Shown here in pieces: positions 58,351 to 64,000 of a stretch of DNA of 64,000 nucleotides (within the stretch, counting starts at the first letter, position 1; every line of letters starts with the position of its first letter). The DNA lies in contig JALVYU010000011.1 of NCBI GenBank assembly GCA_027022365.1, positions 16,168 through 80,167 of the forward strand, given 5' to 3'. The translations under genes were made by a program, and so were the position numbers. This DNA comes from Desulfurococcales archaeon (lineage in GTDB: Archaea; Thermoproteota; Thermoprotei_A; Sulfolobales; Desulfurococcaceae). The notes beneath the pieces were generated by a model. It had not been told where the DNA came from. It ran no database searches and was given only the letters and a program-made list of their open reading frames with translations.

Positions 58351-59628
58351 TTATTTTGCTTCACCCTTTAGATATTCTTCGAGGAGCTTCTTTGCATAGT
58401 CATACCTTATTCTCCCCTCACTAATCATTCTCTCCGCTATCTTGTCTACGAGCTCGCCCTGGGCGCCAGCCATTATCGCTAGGTTTCTAGCATGTAGTCT
58501 CATGTGTCCTTTCTGTATTCCCTCATGTACCAGTGCACGTAGTGCAGCGAGGTTCTGTGCTAGACCGACGGCGGCCATAATATCTGCTAGTTCCTTGGCG
58601 GTCTTGACGCCAAGTATTTTCAGAGCGATCCTGCTTATTGGGTGTACTTTTGTCGCCCCACCAACAATACCTACTTGCAGTGGTAGCTCGATGCTTCCAA
58701 CAAGGTATCCTTCCTCGTCTAGCTCCCAGTAGCTGAGCGGCTTATATACCCCTGTTCGGGCGGCGTAGGCGTGGGCTCCAGCCTCGATCGCTCTATGGTC
58801 TTGGGCTGTAGCGAGAGCTACTGCTATTACCCCGTTCATAATCCCCTTGTTGTGCGTCACGGCCCTGTATGGATCAATGTCCGCCAGCACGCTTGCCTCC
58901 ACGATCTTCTTTGCTATATCTTCTCCGCCAACGTTCTCCGGTTTAGTTCTCGCCCATGCCCGGACTATTCTTCTAGTAGCATAGTTGCTTATGATCCTTA
59001 GCCTCGCCTCGCCACCCGTGATCTTCTCGAGCAATGGTGCAATGCATTCTACCATGGTGTTCACGGCATTAGCGCCCATGGCGTCCAGGACGTCAACGAT
59101 TAGATGAACAACTATGACTGGCCCGATCCTAGAGTCTAGGACGCGTACCTCTAGGTCTCTAGGGCCGCCTCCAAGTCTTAATAGTGTTGAGTCTTGTTGC
59201 CGCGCATGATCAAGTATCTCCTCCTTATGCTCGATTATCTTCATGGCCTTGTACCGGGGGGCAGTCACGTTGACCAGCATGACCTGCCCGATCATCTCCT
59301 GCGGGCCAGCCCTAGCTATTATCCCATCACCTTCCCTGAGCATCTTAGCAGCATTACTCGCTGCGGCTACAACACTTGTTTCCTCGATAACCATTGGGAC
59401 AAGATAGTCCTTGCCGTTAATCTTGAAGTTAACTGCTACGGCGAAAGGCATAGTCATGCCGCCGATCACGTTTTCGATCATACTATCAGCTATTTTCTCG
59501 GGAAGATTACCGAGATTCCTGAGGAGCTCCACCTCTTCATCGCTAAGACCCGCCCACTCCGCAACAATCTTAAGTCTTTCGTCAAGACTTAACTTATAGA
59601 AACCCTTGATCCTCGAGGACCTGGCCAT
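58351..59628 (-). CDS. hmgA: hydroxymethylglutaryl-CoA reductase (class I)
   Basis: 'EETSVVAAAS', 'DAMGANAVNT', 'HNKGIMNG' and 'VGGATK', with the C-terminal 'GHMRLHARN' catalytic His region. Confidence 0.9.
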   Translation of the reverse strand: MARSSRIKGFYKLSLDERLKIVAEWAGLSDEEVELLRNLGNLPEKIADSMIENVIGGMTMPFAVAVNFKINGKDYLVPMVIEETSVVAAASNAAKMLREGDGIIARAGPQEMIGQVMLVNVTAPRYKAMKIIEHKEEILDHARQQDSTLLRLGGGPRDLEVRVLDSRIGPVIVVHLIVDVLDAMGANAVNTMVECIAPLLEKITGGEARLRIISNYATRRIVRAWARTKPENVGGEDIAKKIVEASVLADIDPYRAVTHNKGIMNGVIAVALATAQDHRAIEAGAHAYAARTGVYKPLSYWELDEEGYLVGSIELPLQVGIVGGATKVHPISRIALKILGVKTAKELADIMAAVGLAQNLAALRALVHEGIQKGHMRLHARNLAIMAGAQGELVDKIAERMISEGRIRYDYAKKLLEEYLKGEAK

Positions 59629-59653
59629 GTGACCACCTAATTATATCCTTAGA

Positions 59654-60466
59654 ATGATACTAGTTATTAATTGCAGGCTGGGGGTGCATGGTTTGCTTGT
59701 CGAAGAGATAGCAGAGAAAGAGATCTCCCTACTACGGGAAGAACCACTGATCACCGAGTGCCTTATAGGATTAAGGTACTCGTACTGCGAGATCATGGTT
59801 GATGGCGAGAAGTATCTGGGCGTATCTATCACGCCCATAGAGGATCTACTTAACGTCTCTCCCAGCCTAAACCTCCCCAAGACGATTCATGAGTTGCGAA
59901 GACTTGTCAGGAGCCCTAATCCATATGACAGGACAATAGCGCAGGCTCTCTTGAACGCGCTCGGCTCGTACTTAATAAGAACAATGATGCAGGAGGAAAT
60001 AGAGCTTATTGAAGCAGATATTATAGAATTGATAGGAAGACGTATTGTAGAGCCAGTATTACTAGTAGGAAACATGGGTCCCCTAAGGAGAAAACTCGTT
60101 GAGCAGGGAATCGGCGAAATATATGTCGTTGAGAGAAATCCATTGAATAGATATAATGCCTTACCCGACGTATCGCTTCCCAGGCTCATCGGAAGAGCCA
60201 AAACGATCATAATAACCGGCGCGACACTAGTAAATGATACGATCGACTATATAGTTGAGAAAGCCAGAAACAATAAAAACCTAGTGCTCGTAGGCCCTAC
60301 AGCATCTGTTTACCCGCCCATAATAGTTCCGAAGTACTTCAACATAGTAGCGTCCATGATACCTAGGAACATAGATGCCGTGAAAAACGTGATCAGGGCG
60401 GGCGGCGGTAGATGGGATTTCAGCCGATACTGTAACAGCTACTTGTTTTCCGGGGAGAAGAATTGA
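59654..60466 (+). CDS. DUF4213/DUF364-family Rossmann-like protein
   Basis: 'LLVGNMGPL...VVERNP....LPD....LIGRAKTIIITGATLVNDTIDYIV' matches the DUF364 pattern as I recall it. Confidence 0.5.
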   Translation: MILVINCRLGVHGLLVEEIAEKEISLLREEPLITECLIGLRYSYCEIMVDGEKYLGVSITPIEDLLNVSPSLNLPKTIHELRRLVRSPNPYDRTIAQALLNALGSYLIRTMMQEEIELIEADIIELIGRRIVEPVLLVGNMGPLRRKLVEQGIGEIYVVERNPLNRYNALPDVSLPRLIGRAKTIIITGATLVNDTIDYIVEKARNNKNLVLVGPTASVYPPIIVPKYFNIVASMIPRNIDAVKNVIRAGGGRWDFSRYCNSYLFSGEKN

Positions 60467-60819
60467 TTGTGTGGGAGCCCGATAAAGGGGTCATAAGGAA
60501 AGCGTCAATAAATGATCTCATGGAGGCAACATATATCCTGCTCAATCTAGTGCCCCCAGGCAAGACCATAACGTACGGCTCACTGGCTAAAATCCTAGGT
60601 ATTACTCCGAGATTGGTTGGACTGTTCATGAAGAAGAATAGGAAACCAATAATAATTCCGTGTCATAGAGTTGTGGGGAGGAATGGTGAGCTTAAAGGAT
60701 ATAGCCGTGGAGGCCCCGAGATCAAGAAGAAACTATTGATGCTTGAAAACGTGCGGTTCAAGAATGACCGGGTAGCCAAGGACTGTATCATTTCTCTCGA
60801 CTGGATCCTCGACCCATAA
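60463..60819 (+). CDS. MGMT-family protein (methylated-DNA--protein-cysteine methyltransferase DNA-binding/active-site domain only)
   Basis: 'YGSLAKILG' and the active-site 'IPCHRVV' motif. 118 aa with no N-terminal Ogt domain. Confidence 0.75.
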   Translation: MIVWEPDKGVIRKASINDLMEATYILLNLVPPGKTITYGSLAKILGITPRLVGLFMKKNRKPIIIPCHRVVGRNGELKGYSRGGPEIKKKLLMLENVRFKNDRVAKDCIISLDWILDP

Positions 60820-61363
60820 TGTATGGTAGATGTATGTGGAGATACTCGGCTATCCTAAACGTGAGATAAGGAAGTGATTGCAATGTACTCACTATTCCTT
60901 TGATGAACACCGTTTTTTGTCTACCAAGTAGGGCCTTATTCATTTCTAAGCTCCTATAGTATCGCTCGATAATTATCCCATAGATCTTGAGCGCTAAAAG
61001 CACGAGAACAAGTTTATTACCCCCATGCTTAACCGTGTACAATAATTCCCGGTCTGTGACTGTGCCGAAGAAGAGTATAAACATGCTATAGTACCCGATG
61101 TATGTTATGTTATGGTATACCCCATAAATGCTCATGAAGAAAAATGTGAGACCTAATATTATTAGTACGCTCACAACATAGGATACAGCGGAGCCTGCAC
61201 CCCTTATTTCCAGGAGCATAACAACCGTTATAATAACTAGTAATGAGCAAATTAGTACAGGACTAATATCTCCAAACAAATAGAGTAGGATCGCGCCCGT
61301 TATGAATGCTCCCCCTCTAATCATAAGGGGAAGGTAGGCCTTCAACGACACCGAGCTCCTCAC
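60788..61363 (-). CDS. integral membrane protein (possible transporter T-like component)
   Basis: Hydrophobic 191-aa ORF at the end of a membrane / double-ATPase / membrane triad. Confidence 0.4.
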   Translation of the reverse strand: MRSSVSLKAYLPLMIRGGAFITGAILLYLFGDISPVLICSLLVIITVVMLLEIRGAGSAVSYVVSVLIILGLTFFFMSIYGVYHNITYIGYYSMFILFFGTVTDRELLYTVKHGGNKLVLVLLALKIYGIIIERYYRSLEMNKALLGRQKTVFIKGIVSTLQSLPYLTFRIAEYLHIHLPYIMGRGSSREK

Positions 61364-62510
61364 CTCGTGGAAGCGTTGTAATGACTACTCCGCCCCCTTC
61401 AAGATACTGGTTGATAAGATCATAGATCACATTTCTTCTCATGGAATCTATTCCCTCAAGCCATGAATCCAGCAGAAGGACGGATCTACCGGAGAACAGC
61501 TGCGGGATCAGTAGTGTTAGTCTCCTTTGACCATCACTGAGCGCAACGTAGGGTTTATCGCCGCCTTCAACACCAAGTTCTCTCAGAGTGAAGAATGATT
61601 TCTTAGCACACTCTTTTTCATGCCTGCACAGGTTTCCTACTACGTCCCTAAGAGTCACCCCTGGAGATACTAGGAGTGTGTCGTCTGGAACAAAACCTGT
61701 TTTTCCCTTGATCTCTATTCTCCCCTTATATTTGAGAGCACCAGCTATAGCTAGTAATGTGCTTGTCTTTCCCGAGCCGTTCGGACCAATTATTGTTACT
61801 GCTTCTCCGCTCCTGAGCCTTAGTTCTTCGAGCTCTATTTGTTTTCTACCGCGTTTAACGACGAGGTTTTCAATGACTATTTCTCCATTTGTCGCTATCG
61901 GCGGCGGTGGGTCGATCTTGTCTATTAGCTGTCTCGCCATTACGCGTGCTTCACGGCCCTCTGGATATGAATTTTCCTTATTAGTTGCAACTACTACTAG
62001 TATTCGCCCACTCAAATCTTCTATGATCTTTTTTGCCAGCTCTACGTATTTCTCGTCTAGACCACTATAGGGTTCATCGAAACACACTAGTTCAGACATT
62101 ATGTTATGAGCCTTAATTATTTCGAGGATCTTTCTCTCCCCATAACTCATATAACCGATCTTTTTATCTAAAACCCTCTTGACAAGCTGAACACTTGTCA
62201 GCGGTGCATGATCATTACGGCTTATCAGCCACAGCTCATCATACCCTGTATCGCCAAGGGTTATTAGCCATGGTTCTTGGGGAACAAACCATTTCCTTGT
62301 ATTACCCGGCTCTACTTCTATGCCCTTATACGATATCTCGTTTATTTCATCTAGTCCCGCTATTGCTTTTAGAAGGATGGTTTTTCCCGAGCCATTTGGG
62401 CCTTTAATGTAGAGTATTCCCGGCGATTCAGCTATAATGTCGGATACACGTGCAGTGTGATCGCCTATCCTTATCTCGGCCTCGCTAAATCTAATAGTTG
62501 TCTGCGCCAC
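61317..62510 (-). CDS. ABC ATPase with two fused nucleotide-binding domains
   Basis: Walker A 'GPNGSGKTILL' and 'GPNGSGKTSTL'. Signatures 'MSYGERKIL' and 'LSDGQRRL'. Walker B 'VCFDEP' and 'LLLDSW'. Confidence 0.85.
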   Translation of the reverse strand: MAQTTIRFSEAEIRIGDHTARVSDIIAESPGILYIKGPNGSGKTILLKAIAGLDEINEISYKGIEVEPGNTRKWFVPQEPWLITLGDTGYDELWLISRNDHAPLTSVQLVKRVLDKKIGYMSYGERKILEIIKAHNIMSELVCFDEPYSGLDEKYVELAKKIIEDLSGRILVVVATNKENSYPEGREARVMARQLIDKIDPPPPIATNGEIVIENLVVKRGRKQIELEELRLRSGEAVTIIGPNGSGKTSTLLAIAGALKYKGRIEIKGKTGFVPDDTLLVSPGVTLRDVVGNLCRHEKECAKKSFFTLRELGVEGGDKPYVALSDGQRRLTLLIPQLFSGRSVLLLDSWLEGIDSMRRNVIYDLINQYLEGGGVVITTLPRGEELGVVEGLPSPYD

Positions 62511-63264
62511 TGATCCTCCTCCTAATCAGTATTTCCCATGGCTTCAGCGTTGAAAGTATGATTATACTGCCTATTATGATTAGAATTGTGCGCTCAATAG
62601 GATAGATGTAGGCGGACATGTTCCATATCTTATACCAGTTAGCCTGGAACCTCGGGTTTGTGGCGAGCTGCGAAATGTTTCCTTGTAGATACAGGTAGTT
62701 CAGAACCCATGCAAGGTTCCCTCCCATATGATCTCCTATAACCCCAGCTATAATGCTTCCTATGCCTCTTAGAATCTTCTTGCCGATGATATAGGGTGTC
62801 GCGATCGCCAGGCCTACCGTGACCGCTACATCGTATACTAGTACGCCTAGATAGTTCAATATGTATGGATATTGAACAGCTACGAATACTATATAGAGTA
62901 CCGCCAATATGCCGAGCGAGTAATGAGGCTTCCCCGAATAATATGTTCCCGCGACAATGAAGCTGATCACAAGGGGCATGAAGAAGAAGGGACCGAAAAA
63001 CGTGATCAGAGACGAGTTATACTGAACAGCGACAATGAGTGTTATCAAGACAGCTGTTACGCCGAGTCTCAAACCAAGATAAATGCCTATAATGCTCCCA
63101 GCGAGGGCGCCGAGGGTGATGAACCCAGCACCACCGATTATCGGGAACGCTGGGATTAAATTAAGGGCGATAGCGGCGCCAGATACGACGATTATTGATG
63201 CAATGACTAGTGCTGCCTTACTATTTTTTCCGGTTTTCATCATCATTTTTGACTCCCATTTCAC
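62491..63264 (-). CDS. integral membrane protein (possible S-component-like substrate-capture subunit)
   Basis: 257-aa polytopic protein at the same position and of the same length as 53449..54222 in the other triad. Confidence 0.45.
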   Translation of the reverse strand: MKWESKMMMKTGKNSKAALVIASIIVVSGAAIALNLIPAFPIIGGAGFITLGALAGSIIGIYLGLRLGVTAVLITLIVAVQYNSSLITFFGPFFFMPLVISFIVAGTYYSGKPHYSLGILAVLYIVFVAVQYPYILNYLGVLVYDVAVTVGLAIATPYIIGKKILRGIGSIIAGVIGDHMGGNLAWVLNYLYLQGNISQLATNPRFQANWYKIWNMSAYIYPIERTILIIIGSIIILSTLKPWEILIRRRISGADNY

Positions 63265-63373
63265 ACAATAGTGGTGGGAGGGATTTTTATTCGCTACTAA
63301 TGAGGATTGCTATGTACTTGAAGTAATGATCAAAAACTACAATAGAAACTACTGCTCTTTACTTTCCTTCTTT

Positions 63374-64000
63374 CTAGTACTTGTTCGTCCATGTGACTAT
63401 TAAGGCTCTTAGATAATCAGCCGCCTCTTCACATGCATCGGCCGCGTCTTCTAAGTCGCTGTTAAGGTCATGAAGTAGGATAGCTAGTGTTATGGGCTTG
63501 ATATTATCGGAGTACTTGAGTAGTTTGCCCCTGTTAGAAACATCTATCTCGTCCGCCTCTTCCTCAATAGTCTCTATCTTCTTTAGGATCTCTTTTGCAT
63601 CCTTATATTCTTCATCAAGTATTTTCTCGACGGCTACGCCGAGGAGCCTTGTCATAGATACTACTTTTTCTATGAGTAAATGAATACCGTCTCTTATGTC
63701 TGCAGGGGTTTCTAGATAGGGAATTATAGTGAGGTCTCTGGCTGCTTCTTTTACCCAGTCAGCTATTCTATCTATTCGTTTGATCAGATGGAAGAAATCC
63801 TCCTTGAAGCTCGGATCTAGTCTGCTCTCTTCAAGTAATAGGAGGATTTTTTTCCTTATCTTGTCGGCTTCGCTCTCGGTCTTCATCGTCTCAGCTAGCT
63901 TTTCCCTCGCCTCGCCTATACGCATATCGTTGAGTAATTCTATTCCCCGGTGGAAAGAGTTGACAGTATCTATGATCTTAGATACGTATTCCTCGAATAA
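63374..64000 (-). CDS. DUF47 / PhoU-like protein (TIGR00153-type), 5' end beyond the window
   Basis: 'FHLIKRIDRIADWVKEAARDL' and 'LLHDLNSDLEDAADACEEAADYL' are typical of PhoU_div/DUF47 helical repeats. The reading frame stays open to nt 64000. Confidence 0.6.
   Translation of the reverse strand, partial: LFEEYVSKIIDTVNSFHRGIELLNDMRIGEAREKLAETMKTESEADKIRKKILLLLEESRLDPSFKEDFFHLIKRIDRIADWVKEAARDLTIIPYLETPADIRDGIHLLIEKVVSMTRLLGVAVEKILDEEYKDAKEILKKIETIEEEADEIDVSNRGKLLKYSDNIKPITLAILLHDLNSDLEDAADACEEAADYLRALIVTWTNKY

Noticed and set aside
63265-63373. ATGAGGA / ATGATCA heptamers as C/C' boxes
   Set aside because: Both boxes break the essential GA dinucleotides, no CUGA lies at 12-nt spacing, and there is no terminal stem.
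1-64000. CRISPR arrays, tRNA/rRNA genes, IS elements, integrases, prophage or plasmid modules
   Set aside because: I inspected all spacers over 100 nt. I saw no regularly spaced direct repeats, no cloverleaf-compatible sequences with T-loop motifs, and no transposase or integrase-like ORFs.

Overview
This looks like a core chromosomal segment of a hyperthermophilic crenarchaeon. The markers are Cren7, a CdvB-like ESCRT-III paralog, short-form XPF, Hel308, AglB/STT3, archaeal type II GAPDH, the mevalonate-pathway genes mvk and hmgA, and Taw1. Coding density is very high, with about 65 supportable CDSs, frequent 4-nt start/stop overlaps, and many TTG/GTG starts in the ORF track. I found no rRNA, tRNA, CRISPR array, IS element or integrase. 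All product calls come from motif recognition by eye, with no database search, so treat them as family-level. The points most worth follow-up are listed here.
1. A same-strand module at 13.5-19.0 kb holds an SsnA-like amidohydrolase, a carbamate kinase and a non-canonical (YgeW/AOTCase-like) transcarbamylase, next to a PreA-like Fe-S dehydrogenase. A translationally coupled pair, an HhH-GPD/Fe-S-loop glycosylase-like gene plus a small radical-SAM gene, interrupts it.
2. A threonine-synthase-like protein has Arg in place of the PLP Schiff-base lysine. It is fused to an N-terminal zinc ribbon and a C-terminal PadR-like wHTH, and it heads an ECF-type transporter operon.
3. A decayed ParB/Srx-like (DGHHR) gene carries two in-frame TAA stops and an A5-run frameshift, and sits between Tfx-like and wHTH/coiled-coil genes.
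4. Two intergenic box C/D sRNA candidates have exact 12-nt guide spacing. A third locus is ambiguous, and there is also a GC-rich structured island.
5. Two ECF/ABC triads have the same gene order.
6. A bacterial-type PLP-dependent SpeA arginine decarboxylase is present.
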